Position numbers and translations under genes: made by a program. This document shows positions 9,601-18,275 of a stretch of 49,492 nucleotides of DNA, one piece after another. Source of the stretch: a virus; the IMG/VR virus record IMGVR_UViG_3300045988_041301, positions 1 to 49,492 of that record. The stretch is one strand, 5' to 3'. The notes below the pieces were generated by a model, which saw only the letters and a list, made by a program, of their open reading frames with translations, was not told the origin of the DNA and ran no database searches. Numbering within the stretch: the first letter of the stretch is position 1; the number at the start of each line of letters is the position of its first letter.

Positions 9601-11264
9601 GCTGTGATAAGCTCCGGAGAACCACCGGCCAGACCGTCTGCGATAGCTACGATAGCATCTGTTCCGGCTGTGATCAGCGCCGGGATAAAGTCTCCCAGGC
9701 CCTGTGCCAGCGTGGTTGCGATACTTACGGCCGAGTTTGCGATGCTTGGAAGGTACGACGTGATCCCACTGCTGAACTGGCCGATTACATCCGTAGCCAG
9801 CTTTGTGAGTTCCGGCAGTCTTGAATCCGCCCCCTTCAGGAATTCATCAAGAAGCCGCGTTCCTGTCTGCAGGATCCTTGGCACTATCCTGATGATTCCA
9901 GAGACAAACGAAGCTCCGATCTCCGCAGCTCCGTCTCCGATTGCTCCGGCATTGTTTCTTATTCCTGTCAGGAAGCTGGTTGTCAGCGCCACCGCCATGG
10001 TGACTACCTTTGGTCCGTATTGCGATATCTTGACGATACCGTCAGCCATTACTGATCCGATTTCTCCAACGAATCCGGAGAAGCCACCGGAAACAAGGGC
10101 ATCTGACAGTTTATAAATCTCCTGTGTGCCGTACTGTACCGCCGCTCTGAGAGGTTTATTCAGGTTATCATAGATCTTGATTCCGGTATCCTGAAGAGCC
10201 GACTGGAATATGGCCATGTCACCTTTCAGGTTGTCCAGTTTCGTCTTGGCCATATCCTCCAGAGCGCCATCTGCATTCTGAAGTTCATTAGCCAAGGCAT
10301 CCCACTCGATTGCTCCATCCGCTGTGGTGGCATTTAAACCTTGCAGGAGGTCGTTCAGTGCATCGACGTGCTGTTTTCCACCGATTGCCGCCAGAGCCGC
10401 ATTTCGCTGCTCCTGGGTCATTCCGGCGAGCTTTCCGTTCAGTTCTGTCAGTGTTCCTTTTAAACCCTTGAAGTTTCCCTCACTGTCAAATGCTGACAGA
10501 CCGAGTTTTTCCATCATGGTTCCTGCTTGTCCGGCTCCGGATGTCAGGTTGACCATGATCGCATTCAGGGCATTTCCGGCTTCACTTCCTTTGATACCTC
10601 GGTTTGCCATGACGCCCAGCGCAGTAGCACTCTCTGTGATCGGAACGCCGAGGTTCTTCATGGTACCGCCTACGCCGATGTAGGCTTCCATGAGTTGCTC
10701 TGCAGTTTGATTCGATTTATTATTCGCTTTCGCGCAGATGTTCAGGTAATCAGACAAGCCATCGACGGTGACTCCGCAGGCAGACATGGAATCAGTAACC
10801 AGGTCTGATGTCCTGGCCAGATCAAGCCCTGTCGCTTCTGAAAGTCTCAGGACGGAAGGCAGACCTTTTATGGACTGGTCGACCGTCCAGCCGGCTAGAG
10901 ACATGTACTCAAGTGCCTGAGCTGACTCTGTGGCCGTCTTGGAAGTCTCGCGGCCCATCTGCATGGCCGCGGCTTTTAACTTGTCATATTCTTCCGCCGT
11001 GGCTCCTGCTGTAGCCGCCGTTGATGACATGGCCGCCTCGAAGGTTGAACCAGTCTTAACGCTGGCAGCAGTAACCGCTGCGATGGCAGCGCCGGCAGCT
11101 CCGAGTCCGGCAGCTCCGATCTTTCCGATCGTACTGAGGCCCTTCAGGCCGGCTTTTGCCGCTTTCATGGCTGCGGAGAAGGACTTCTCCAGCTGCCCCG
11201 CGATCTTGATGTTGATCTTGTAATCGCTCACTGTTGTTTGCTCACCTCCTGAAGGTCCTCGCAC
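6684..11264 (-). CDS. Tail tape measure protein
   Basis: 1526 aa, Ala/Gly/Ser/Thr-rich with internal repeats, located after the chaperone pair. An alternative GTG start at 11231 overlaps (GTGA) the stop of the frameshifted chaperone. Confidence 0.9.
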   Translation of the reverse strand: MRGPSGGEQTTVSDYKINIKIAGQLEKSFSAAMKAAKAGLKGLSTIGKIGAAGLGAAGAAIAAVTAASVKTGSTFEAAMSSTAATAGATAEEYDKLKAAAMQMGRETSKTATESAQALEYMSLAGWTVDQSIKGLPSVLRLSEATGLDLARTSDLVTDSMSACGVTVDGLSDYLNICAKANNKSNQTAEQLMEAYIGVGGTMKNLGVPITESATALGVMANRGIKGSEAGNALNAIMVNLTSGAGQAGTMMEKLGLSAFDSEGNFKGLKGTLTELNGKLAGMTQEQRNAALAAIGGKQHVDALNDLLQGLNATTADGAIEWDALANELQNADGALEDMAKTKLDNLKGDMAIFQSALQDTGIKIYDNLNKPLRAAVQYGTQEIYKLSDALVSGGFSGFVGEIGSVMADGIVKISQYGPKVVTMAVALTTSFLTGIRNNAGAIGDGAAEIGASFVSGIIRIVPRILQTGTRLLDEFLKGADSRLPELTKLATDVIGQFSSGITSYLPSIANSAVSIATTLAQGLGDFIPALITAGTDAIVAIADGLAGGSPELITATEEAISKIMDAIVQAAPRLLQAGLTLAQSIGQGLMDGVSNFFTDLGNGTASLSQGVAAFAPLILIGAKIAPVFNKATSAVKAFAPALKGLGSKAGTAFQVLTNFPSIAKQFVIDSGGMKNAVVSLAKGGLGKIGGMFKAIASPAGIAVAAIAVLTAAFIHLWNTNEGFRSAITGIWNQITSTISSFGQGIVSTLNGLGFNFQNITQVLSAAWNGFCSLLAPVFIGAFQLIADTISAVTGVISGIIQTIASIIRGDWSGAMQGIQTITSSVWNFILNVINTVGSTICGVINAFLSLIGVDWQVSWDSIKNVASTVWSGISSVIQGGLSIIQGIISVVMDVIHGNWSGAWETIKGAASAAAGALPGLISGGLSMMQSVITGIGSTLGSLLDSGWELLKSAASAAVDALPGLVAGGLSALGTAISAVGSTLGSLLDAGWEALKTAASAAVDALPGAVSGGLSALGSAITTVGGTLGSLLDAGWEALKSAASAAADAMPGLIQGGFSAMTTAISGIGDGLGSLLDAGWETLKSGASAAAEAVKGAWEGVKDFFGGIWDAITGGGKSAEVSAPTVNTSAQPQQMTVQVDTSAIEAANSAVQALQSSIEEAKTSMESMGTGFTGLSATITSQLTSVQSSITTSTTSWSTSVQMGMTLMQTAMQTGITTMRTTLQTGFTSMGTVSTASFTLITTAVTTSMTQCGTITTATVTTMTATITAGATQIQATVTAGCTTATSAVQSSTSQAVSITQSGMAMVVSAVQSGMSQLVSAVSSGCSQALGIAQSTASGIYGAFAGISLYSAGVNMMSGLVNGINAMRGSVMAAAASIASAASAAVNSALKIHSPSRVMVESGKFTGQGLVVGMQGMRGAIQAEAQRSLAAPIQDAASPGTKSLEMPTFNRSSVIRETIHDLSGTQNNDPKGNPKDPNPTFVFSPTYQFNGDAPDKKDIQDANRMSQREFEKMMKEYLRNKGRVSFA
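7975..8620 (-). repeat. Five in-frame tandem repeats of 132 bp (44 aa) inside the tape measure gene
   Basis: The anchor word cccagcctgc (or a variant) recurs at 8027, 8159, 8291, 8423 and 8555, exactly 132 bp apart. The protein repeat is ALPGL.(S/A)GGLSA...GSTLGSLLDAGWE.LK.AASAA.D. Confidence 0.85.
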
Positions 11265-11730
11265 AGGTCTATGAGTTCAAATATTGACAGGCTCATGAAG
11301 TAATCCAGGCCGGTCTTAAGATTTAAGGCCAGTGCAAGGCACAACTTTCGGAGGTCGGACAAATCACTCGGGTCTATTCCTCGCCAAAGAAAAAATTGGT
11401 GACCTTTGTCTTAATTTTCATTGCGTCACGAGGCTTCAGGCCCTTGAAGAACTCAACCGGGGTACCAGTTGCACTTGCCGCGATAATCAGGGCGTATTCC
11501 AGGTTTGTTTCCGGAATCGCACTGACTGTTCCGCTGTTCTGCAGAACCTTGTTGGCTCTGATCATGTCATTCGCTGTCAGATCATCCATGCCGCTAAGGT
11601 CTACCTCTGAGATTTCTTTTCCCTCAAAGTTGTATGTTCGCGTAAGTTTGACTAAAAAGTCGTTATCCTGCGCTTCTTCCCCGGCCTTGTCAATGTTTAC
11701 GATTTTGGTTGTTTCTTCTTTGCTCATCAT
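11228..11730 (-). CDS. Tail assembly chaperone, -1 frameshift-extended form
   Basis: After T_TTT_TTC (11389..11395) the -1 frame stays open for about 53 more codons. Its TGA at 11228..11230 overlaps the candidate tape measure GTG start. Confidence 0.6.
11374..11730 (-). CDS. Tail assembly chaperone (short form)
   Basis: 118 aa ORF between the tube and tape measure genes. It ends just after a slippery heptamer. Confidence 0.75.
   Translation of the reverse strand: MMSKEETTKIVNIDKAGEEAQDNDFLVKLTRTYNFEGKEISEVDLSGMDDLTANDMIRANKVLQNSGTVSAIPETNLEYALIIAASATGTPVEFFKGLKPRDAMKIKTKVTNFFFGEE
11389..11395 (-). promoter_or_regulatory. Slippery heptamer T TTT TTC for programmed -1 frameshift
   Basis: The zero frame reads AAT TTT TTC TTT GGC GAG GAA TAG. 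The heptamer has X_XXY_YYZ geometry, 4 codons before the stop. Confidence 0.6.
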
Positions 11731-11745
11731 CTTTCCTCCTGTGAT

Positions 11746-12273
11746 TTAGCACTGACTTCTGATCTTCTCAAGGAGATCTACACCGTTAACGGCGTACTTG
11801 AAGTTTGCCTTGTCCAGCTCAACGACTGGCTTGCTGTTTACATCGATCTTGATATACAGGATCTCAAGCTCAACGTTTGGATCCATCTTTTTGCCCTTGG
11901 TCATCTTTCCGAGAGAATACTTCTTGCATTTTCCGCGGATCACTACTTTTACCGGATAGTGATCTGTCACTCCGGTCGTTGGGTCCATGAACTGCATGGA
12001 ACCTCTGAGTGTAAGCTGCACGCCCTTGGCTGAATTCACAAGCGTGAACATATCCTCATACAGAACACTGAACGGAATCTTAACTGTCATGGATGAGAAT
12101 TGTCCGGTAGCTGTAGCTTCGATCTCACCAAGCACGCCAGCTCCTTCAATGGTCTCTGTGATAGCCTCGAAGTCCGGAAGTTCAACGTCTCCGGATACGC
12201 CGATCAGTTTCTGTGCGTTGTTGTACACGTTGTAATGGTTTAAAAGTTCAGGAATAATAAGTCCTGCTGCCAT
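11746..12273 (-). CDS. Tail tube protein
   Basis: 175 aa directly after the sheath gene. The N-terminus MAAGLIIPELLNHYNVYN is typical of contractile-tail tube proteins. Confidence 0.8.
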   Translation of the reverse strand: MAAGLIIPELLNHYNVYNNAQKLIGVSGDVELPDFEAITETIEGAGVLGEIEATATGQFSSMTVKIPFSVLYEDMFTLVNSAKGVQLTLRGSMQFMDPTTGVTDHYPVKVVIRGKCKKYSLGKMTKGKKMDPNVELEILYIKIDVNSKPVVELDKANFKYAVNGVDLLEKIRSQC

Positions 12274-12275
12274 TC

Positions 12276-13712
12276 TTATTCACCTCCCAGTGCTGTGGCC
12301 AACATATCTGTGTCGTAGCTTAATACGTTCACGATTTCCTGTGCCGGTGTATATGGTGTGATTCTCTGTCTGAAAGTTACCTTTCCTGCCAGGATGCTTG
12401 TCTGCGGGTTATCTGACTTTCTGTACTCCATTGAGGCACCAGCCCAGTATTTAGGCGCATACGCTCCGCAGCGGATGTTCTCAGAATCAACCACGCTTTC
12501 AACGAGGACCGTATTCATCGGGTCGTCTACTTTGTCATAGTAGGTCTGAATGAAGGTGTTTCCATGCCAGTTGAACATCCGGCGAACTGAGATATAAATG
12601 TCTTTTGCGTCAGAGCTTGCCGGATATGCTCCGGTGTAGTTGCCCCAGGATCTCCATCCATTTACGTTGATGGCGGTCAGGACTCCGTAACTGTTAACTG
12701 TGTTTCCCTGGTCCTGATCCAGTACGACCTCTGTGCCATCGGCCAGACACTGACCGGTTACACCGAGCAGCTTGTTTGATGGAGACAGGTTTGGCACATT
12801 TCCGTTCGCTGCGTCCTGGTATGCAGTTCTCGCTGCAATGACGGCAGATTTTGCAAAGATCAGCTCGCCGATTCTGTCACATGGCCACATCGGAACACCG
12901 AACGCAGAGGTAAATCCTGAAGATTCTTTGACCTGCTTGCAGTCTGTATACTTCGTGGCTTTTGTGGTATCCAGATCAAGGAGTGCCTCAGCCTTAAACA
13001 CACCATTGATAGCGGCGGCTTTTGCGGTGAGCGCGATACCGACTTCCGGAATATGCGACCATCCTGGTGCGATAAGCAGTCCCGGAGCAATGCCAAGCTT
13101 CGGGTATACCTGTCTGATCAGCTGCATTCCTGTTTCCTTTCCTCCGCTGTAGCTTCCGATGATGTCGTCTTTTGTAACCTTTGACGGGTCAAGCTGTTTT
13201 CCTGAAATCTTCAGGGAAGTAGCTGACTTTCCAGCTCCGGTACCTGTGAGAATCACCACCAGATGTCCGCTTTCGTTAAATTCGACGCTGTAATCAGTAT
13301 CTGCAGTTAACGTAGAAGCTCCAGACTTTACTGTCAGGCCATCAAGAATGATTCCTTCTTCCTCAAGTACCGCCTGAAGGTCGTTTACCTGAACTTCTGT
13401 CTCAGCGAGTGCCTTGTTATGCTTCGCCGGATCCAGTACGTTGATATAAACCACCGGAGATACCTGATATACGTTTGATGTCAGGTACATCATCTGGCAA
13501 AGGCTGTAATTCTTGAAGTCTGCACTATATCCGAGTGCTTCAATGGCTTCTGATGCGGAATTAGCCAGAATCGGAACATTGACAGCCGCCTTCGGATCCG
13601 CGCCCATGTTTACCGGTGCGGTACCAATTACAACCGGGACAGAACAGTCGCCGGTTACGGGAGCAGTCAGGGAAGTGGCTTCTTCCTGAATGTAAATTCC
13701 ATGATTGATCAT
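12276..13712 (-). CDS. Tail sheath protein
   Basis: 478 aa. The N-terminus MINHGIYIQEEATSLTAPV is typical of sheath proteins, and the gene is followed by the tube gene. Confidence 0.9.
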   Translation of the reverse strand: MINHGIYIQEEATSLTAPVTGDCSVPVVIGTAPVNMGADPKAAVNVPILANSASEAIEALGYSADFKNYSLCQMMYLTSNVYQVSPVVYINVLDPAKHNKALAETEVQVNDLQAVLEEEGIILDGLTVKSGASTLTADTDYSVEFNESGHLVVILTGTGAGKSATSLKISGKQLDPSKVTKDDIIGSYSGGKETGMQLIRQVYPKLGIAPGLLIAPGWSHIPEVGIALTAKAAAINGVFKAEALLDLDTTKATKYTDCKQVKESSGFTSAFGVPMWPCDRIGELIFAKSAVIAARTAYQDAANGNVPNLSPSNKLLGVTGQCLADGTEVVLDQDQGNTVNSYGVLTAINVNGWRSWGNYTGAYPASSDAKDIYISVRRMFNWHGNTFIQTYYDKVDDPMNTVLVESVVDSENIRCGAYAPKYWAGASMEYRKSDNPQTSILAGKVTFRQRITPYTPAQEIVNVLSYDTDMLATALGGE

Positions 13713-14038
13713 TCTGCTTTTCCTCCTTTATTTTTAAGTTCCAGTGCCTTTGTGAAAGCACTGTATAATCGTCCGGATTTTTCTCTGATCTGTCGTTCCA
13801 CTTCGGGATATTTCATCACCGGAACAAACAGATCAAGGAGAACCGGAAGCCCTTTTGCAGCTTCCTTCACTGCGTCCGGAATCTCGGCATATACGGTGTT
13901 CTGAATGCCGATTCCGGGAATTGTAGGGCCGACGTACATAAGCGGCTCATTGGCCTTAATTCCGGCGTCAGACGGGGGCTTCTGTGCTGCAGCAGCTGTC
14001 TTTTCAGGAACTGTCTCAGCTTTTTCTGTTGAACTCAT
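13709..14038 (-). CDS. Hypothetical virion-module protein
   Basis: I chose the start at ATG 14038, which makes an ATGA overlap with the upstream stop. The longer track ORF (to 14173) would overlap its neighbour by 139 nt. Confidence 0.5.
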   Translation of the reverse strand: MSSTEKAETVPEKTAAAAQKPPSDAGIKANEPLMYVGPTIPGIGIQNTVYAEIPDAVKEAAKGLPVLLDLFVPVMKYPEVERQIREKSGRLYSAFTKALELKNKGGKAE

Positions 14039-14505
14039 GCGTATTCGTCTCTCCTTCCTGTTTTTGGAATTGTGAAAGTTATTTCTACCCCTCCGAAGTA
14101 GAAGGGATAGGTATCTTCGTCCTGAAGCGCGGTTTCGATATCCTGTTCTGCCCTGTAAGTCTTTTTGAGCCATGGCTCCGCAATGAAGCGGTCTGTAATC
14201 CTTTCGATCATCGTCAGGATATGTAGATGTCCCTGCCCTCTTCTGCCATCATCATAAACTCCCAGGAGCCAGTCCACAGTTACATGCCAGGGGTCTTCGT
14301 CTCCGGCCGTCTTGGCGTCTCCCAGGCGGACGATCGCATACGGGAACAGCTTTGTTTCATCGTCTTCGTCTTCAGTCATCACCGGCAGGCGCTGTGGGAA
14401 CACCTGAACCGGTACATCCTCTCCCAGGGAATTCCTGGCCCACACATCTTTCAGGATTTCCCTGGTTTCTTCGACCAGGGCATCCTGTAAATCTTTTCTT
14501 GTCAT
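14035..14505 (-). CDS. Putative neck / tail-terminator protein
   Basis: 156 aa ORF in the head-tail joining block. The call rests on position only. Confidence 0.4.
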   Translation of the reverse strand: MTRKDLQDALVEETREILKDVWARNSLGEDVPVQVFPQRLPVMTEDEDDETKLFPYAIVRLGDAKTAGDEDPWHVTVDWLLGVYDDGRRGQGHLHILTMIERITDRFIAEPWLKKTYRAEQDIETALQDEDTYPFYFGGVEITFTIPKTGRRDEYA

Positions 14506-14509
14506 TCAA

Positions 14510-15046
14510 TCACCCCACAAGCAGCTTAATCTGCGCTTCCATGTACTTCCGGAGGTCGCTTTCAATGTTTGGCTTTACAATGCCATACACTCTTTTCTCG
14601 CTTCCGATCATTTTCGGAATGGAGTTAGAAGACAGCACCTTGATCGGAAGTCTGGCAGCAGACCGCCTCTGAAAAATCTGACCATTTCGTTTAAATGCTT
14701 TGATATTCCCCATCACAAGAGCTTTCAGGCCGCTCTTTGTGATGTCTGCCTTTGCTCCGGACTGCGGCGCAGAATATTTAAACTTCGTGATCTTGAGCGG
14801 GCGTCCCTGGGACCTGATTTCTGCGACCAGGTTTCCGGAAGACGCCTTTTTGATCTGCATGTCCTTCTTGAAACCGCCGGACTTTACTGTATAAGCCGCC
14901 TGTGCTCTTGTTGCCAGTCTCTGCCTGGCGCTTACCGCCGTCTTGTTCAGAGCTCTTGAGATAACGATCGGAGCTTTGCTCTGCATTGTCCCGAGCTTCC
15001 TCTGAACTCTCTGCAGGCTGGCCTGGTCTACCTGATACGTGATCAT
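14510..15046 (-). CDS. Head-tail / tail completion protein (gpZ / HK97 gp10-like)
   Basis: 178 aa. The pattern QVDQASLQRVQRKLGTMQSKAPIVISRALNKTAVSARQRL resembles virion morphogenesis proteins. Confidence 0.5.
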   Translation of the reverse strand: MITYQVDQASLQRVQRKLGTMQSKAPIVISRALNKTAVSARQRLATRAQAAYTVKSGGFKKDMQIKKASSGNLVAEIRSQGRPLKITKFKYSAPQSGAKADITKSGLKALVMGNIKAFKRNGQIFQRRSAARLPIKVLSSNSIPKMIGSEKRVYGIVKPNIESDLRKYMEAQIKLLVG

Positions 15047-15384
15047 GCTTTATTCGCCTCCAGTGTGATGGAATACACGCCGCCTTCGTCGATTGCGTCG
15101 GCTACGCGGTATATTTTCCCGTCAAGTGACAGTGCAGTTCCCTGCTTCGGCATTCCGGACCGGCCAGGAGCTTTCTTGTAATCTTCTGCAGATACATAAA
15201 TCAGCTTCTGGTTCAGGTAGATTCCATCCATGTGCTGATTGAATCTCTTTTCTCTCTCGATCTGTTCGTTCGAGTCAACCTGAACCGGTACATTGACGCC
15301 GTTCAGGTTGTGGATATCAGAGAATTCCTCCGGGTTCATGAATGTCTTTTGCACATCTTCTGCGATTATGCTCTTAAAGCTCAT
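15043..15384 (-). CDS. Putative head-tail adaptor / head closure protein
   Basis: 113 aa, overlapping both neighbours by 4 nt. The call rests on position. Confidence 0.4.
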   Translation of the reverse strand: MSFKSIIAEDVQKTFMNPEEFSDIHNLNGVNVPVQVDSNEQIEREKRFNQHMDGIYLNQKLIYVSAEDYKKAPGRSGMPKQGTALSLDGKIYRVADAIDEGGVYSITLEANKA

Positions 15385-15653
15385 ACATGGCGCGCCGGTG
15401 TATCCGGGATCCTGCCGACGAGGTCTTCCTCGTTTCCGGTTGTTGAAATCCCGATCTGCCCGGGTCTGGCCGTAGCCATCTTGGCTTTCGGCCGCTTTGC
15501 AGGTTTCTTTACTTCCTGGCCATCTTCCAGCCTTTCAGCAGTTCCTGCTTCCAGCCACGCATCGATCATGGTCTGGTTCTGAAGCGGCAGCTCATCTCCG
15601 ACCTCGTACAGATGTGCAAAATACAGGATCGGAACCTTCGCGATCAGCCTCAT
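15381..15653 (-). CDS. Hypothetical head-module protein
   Basis: 90 aa ORF coupled to both neighbours. Confidence 0.35.
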   Translation of the reverse strand: MRLIAKVPILYFAHLYEVGDELPLQNQTMIDAWLEAGTAERLEDGQEVKKPAKRPKAKMATARPGQIGISTTGNEEDLVGRIPDTPARHV

Positions 15654-15979
15654 GCGTTGATCTTTACAAGGATTTCTGTATCTCCGGCAGCTGCGTCGGC
15701 CACTGCGTAGCCTGCCAGGACGTTAGTGGATGCGGTCTCTGTGATTCCGGTACCATCGAAGTAAACCGGAGTTCCCATTGTGATCGCGTTAGTTGATGTC
15801 TTTGGCATTGCGAATACGCCGACTACATCAACGGATCCAAGTGCTTTTGGCTGAATCAGGGTAGCGGCTACACCGATTCTTTTTCCGATTGTCAGGATAG
15901 TCCCTGCTTCAATCGCGCTGGATCCGGTGTTTGTATAATCAAGAGTTTCGCCTCTCTGGTGATATGCTGCTTTACTCAT
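15650..15979 (-). CDS. Small capsid-associated protein (DUF2190-like decoration/cement candidate)
   Basis: 109 aa Gly/Thr/Ala-rich beta-type sequence directly after the capsid gene. Confidence 0.5.
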   Translation of the reverse strand: MSKAAYHQRGETLDYTNTGSSAIEAGTILTIGKRIGVAATLIQPKALGSVDVVGVFAMPKTSTNAITMGTPVYFDGTGITETASTNVLAGYAVADAAAGDTEILVKINA

Positions 15980-15997
15980 GTTCTACGTCCTCCCTTC

Positions 15998-17578
15998 TTA
16001 CGCAAGTTCCAGCTTGGTGCTGACTTTGACGCCTGGATTCTTAACGATGGAGCGGTAATCCATTACGGTGATGCCCCAATCGAGGTAGATATCCCATATA
16101 AATCCAAGCTGTCCAGGAGCTTCCATTCTTCTGATTGTCGGGATTTCCTGTCCATTCAAGTAGTCGATCTCGATACCATCGCAGTCTGAAGGATTGCCGA
16201 ACAGGAACCAAGGCATAATGTTTCCCATTCCTCCACACAATGTGTTGATGGTCGGGTCCTCTACGACTTCCAGCATTCCGCGGTAGTTGTACAGCGGGTT
16301 CACTGCCTGGGTGTTATCCTTTGTTTCGATGTACGGGCTGTTGAACAGTGTGTACATATCGAAGCTCAGGCCAGAAGGCACGACGATGGTGCGCGGGTTG
16401 ATCACGATTGCCTGATCGAACTGGTCTCGCTGGTTTGCCAGTGCCATGATCATCGTCTGCATAGCTTCCTGGGTGACACCGGTACCAGTTTTAACAAGGT
16501 TCTTGTGAGCTGTTCCGAAGAGCTGAGCTCCATCGTAGATGGCCGGGTTCTTCAGAAGGATCTCGAATACCTGTTTGTTCTGGGTTCTTCTTGAGGCTGC
16601 TGCATATCTAGCCGGAACGGATGTTACAAGGCTGATGTCATCGTCCACGAAGGCTTTTCTGGACAGTGTGAACTGGCGACCGTATGTTTTCAGCTGTCGC
16701 TGCGGCAACTTCGCATCGCTAAATACATCATGTTTCAGTTCTCCGTTCTCCGGTACCTCGTAGAACTCACCGACGGGTCCTGCTACATAGTAATTGTCGT
16801 GTTTCTTAAAGTCTGTCAGTGTTCCTTTTTTGCAGAACTTATCGAAAGTCACGTTTACTTTGTTGTATCCTTCCTTGTAGGCTTTCTCGATAGTCTGATC
16901 CAGGATTGCAGGGAACGCAGATTCTGGATTGTAGAATCCTCTGACTGCCATCTGATAGATTTCCTCAGCGGACTTTCTGTACAAGTCTGTACTTCCGCCT
17001 TCTTTGATCAGACATTCAACAGCAAGGTTACGGATACTCATTCCCATGAAGTCCCTGTAGCCTTCCGCAGGTTTCTCGACTGTTATTCCGCCTCTCTGAA
17101 GAAGTGCATCGGAGACTGCTGCCCTGTACTTGTCTTCTTCGGATCTCAGGACTCTGACCCCTGTGTTTACCGGAGCGCCTCCGTTTGTAAGGTGCTCGAT
17201 GACTGCAGCTCTCATCTGGTCCACTGTGGTTCCATTCTGAATGTAATCTCTTGATTCCATACCGAACTGAGTACACATCTCTGTGATAGACTGGATTCTT
17301 GCTCTTTCTGCAGCTACTGCCCTCTGAGTGTCACCCTCCGGGTCAGGATCACCATCCGGATCAACGCCGGTGTTCTGCTGTCTGGATCCTGCAGCAGGTG
17401 TTGCAGAGGATCCCTGGCCGGAGCTTCCGGCACCATGTGTGGCAGCAGCTCTTGCAGCATCAATGCTTCTCTGCAGACGCTCGAACTCTGCGGTTTCTTC
17501 CGATGTCATATCTCGGCCGGCAGTTCTTGCCGCATTAACAATCTGCTGCTGTCTTTCAATCATTTCTCTGATTGTCAT
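15998..17578 (-). CDS. Major capsid protein with N-terminal scaffold-like (delta) region
   Basis: 526 aa after the protease gene. It has a GGAGGAAG RBS and a coiled-coil, low-complexity N-terminal stretch of about 100 aa. Confidence 0.75.
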   Translation of the reverse strand: MTIREMIERQQQIVNAARTAGRDMTSEETAEFERLQRSIDAARAAATHGAGSSGQGSSATPAAGSRQQNTGVDPDGDPDPEGDTQRAVAAERARIQSITEMCTQFGMESRDYIQNGTTVDQMRAAVIEHLTNGGAPVNTGVRVLRSEEDKYRAAVSDALLQRGGITVEKPAEGYRDFMGMSIRNLAVECLIKEGGSTDLYRKSAEEIYQMAVRGFYNPESAFPAILDQTIEKAYKEGYNKVNVTFDKFCKKGTLTDFKKHDNYYVAGPVGEFYEVPENGELKHDVFSDAKLPQRQLKTYGRQFTLSRKAFVDDDISLVTSVPARYAAASRRTQNKQVFEILLKNPAIYDGAQLFGTAHKNLVKTGTGVTQEAMQTMIMALANQRDQFDQAIVINPRTIVVPSGLSFDMYTLFNSPYIETKDNTQAVNPLYNYRGMLEVVEDPTINTLCGGMGNIMPWFLFGNPSDCDGIEIDYLNGQEIPTIRRMEAPGQLGFIWDIYLDWGITVMDYRSIVKNPGVKVSTKLELA

Positions 17579-18275
17579 CTGTCTCTTCCTCCATTAAATT
17601 TTTGTTTATTTGAAGTTGCCGTTCGCACATCTCCAGGCTGGTTTTTCCGGGCTCCCCATCGCCTTCGGATCTTCCGACCCCGACGGTTGGATCTGCCGGT
17701 ACAGATACGATGCTGATCTCATAAGGCGCCCACTTCCTTGCGATGCTGCATGGTCCTGTAAATCTTCCATCTGCAGACTGCTTTCCTGGCATTACTTCCT
17801 CCCAGGAATCTACCATGTAGCCGACGCTGACTCCTTTAAGGGTTCCGCTTTTGACTTTCTGATAGATAACTTCCGAGGCTTCATCAGTATCGAACTCGAT
17901 TTCTGCCTGGCCTCGACCATTCTCGATCCACGCCCTCTTGATTTTTCCGATGACGTAATCACGTTTATGGTTAAATAAAACGCATCCGATACTGTTGATT
18001 CTCTCAAGATCTACGCATCCGTCTGCGTGATCCAGAATCTCAGGGCCAAACCACCGATCATATGGTTCTTCAGAAGAGAAACTGAGAACGAAGGTTCTTT
18101 CGTTTCCTTCACCTTCTAAAGCTCGAATACTTCCGATAGTAAGTTCCCGGATGCCCTTATTCTTTTGCTGCTTCGGATCCGCCTGCAGTGGTGTCGCCGC
18201 CGCCTCCCTCTTCAGAAGAAGGTTCCTGGCCTGCTGCATCTTCTTTTTCCGGATCCTTTTCTTTGCTCTTGGCAT
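17556..18275 (-). CDS. Prohead protease (HK97/S78-like)
   Basis: The segments FVLSFSSEEPYDRWFG and SGTLKGVSVGY fit the prohead protease pattern. The only ATG starts (18275, 18239) overlap the portal 3' end, so the start is uncertain. Confidence 0.7.
   Translation of the reverse strand: MPRAKKRIRKKKMQQARNLLLKREAAATPLQADPKQQKNKGIRELTIGSIRALEGEGNERTFVLSFSSEEPYDRWFGPEILDHADGCVDLERINSIGCVLFNHKRDYVIGKIKRAWIENGRGQAEIEFDTDEASEVIYQKVKSGTLKGVSVGYMVDSWEEVMPGKQSADGRFTGPCSIARKWAPYEISIVSVPADPTVGVGRSEGDGEPGKTSLEMCERQLQINKNLMEEETDDNQRND

Noticed and set aside
6684-11264. Many plus-strand ORFs of 60-230 aa antisense to the tape measure gene (e.g. 7918..8613, 9574..10116)
   Set aside because: They are mirror-image open frames of a long, low-complexity Ala/Gly/Ser-rich gene. 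They have no RBSs and their repeats follow the 132-bp period of the sense gene.
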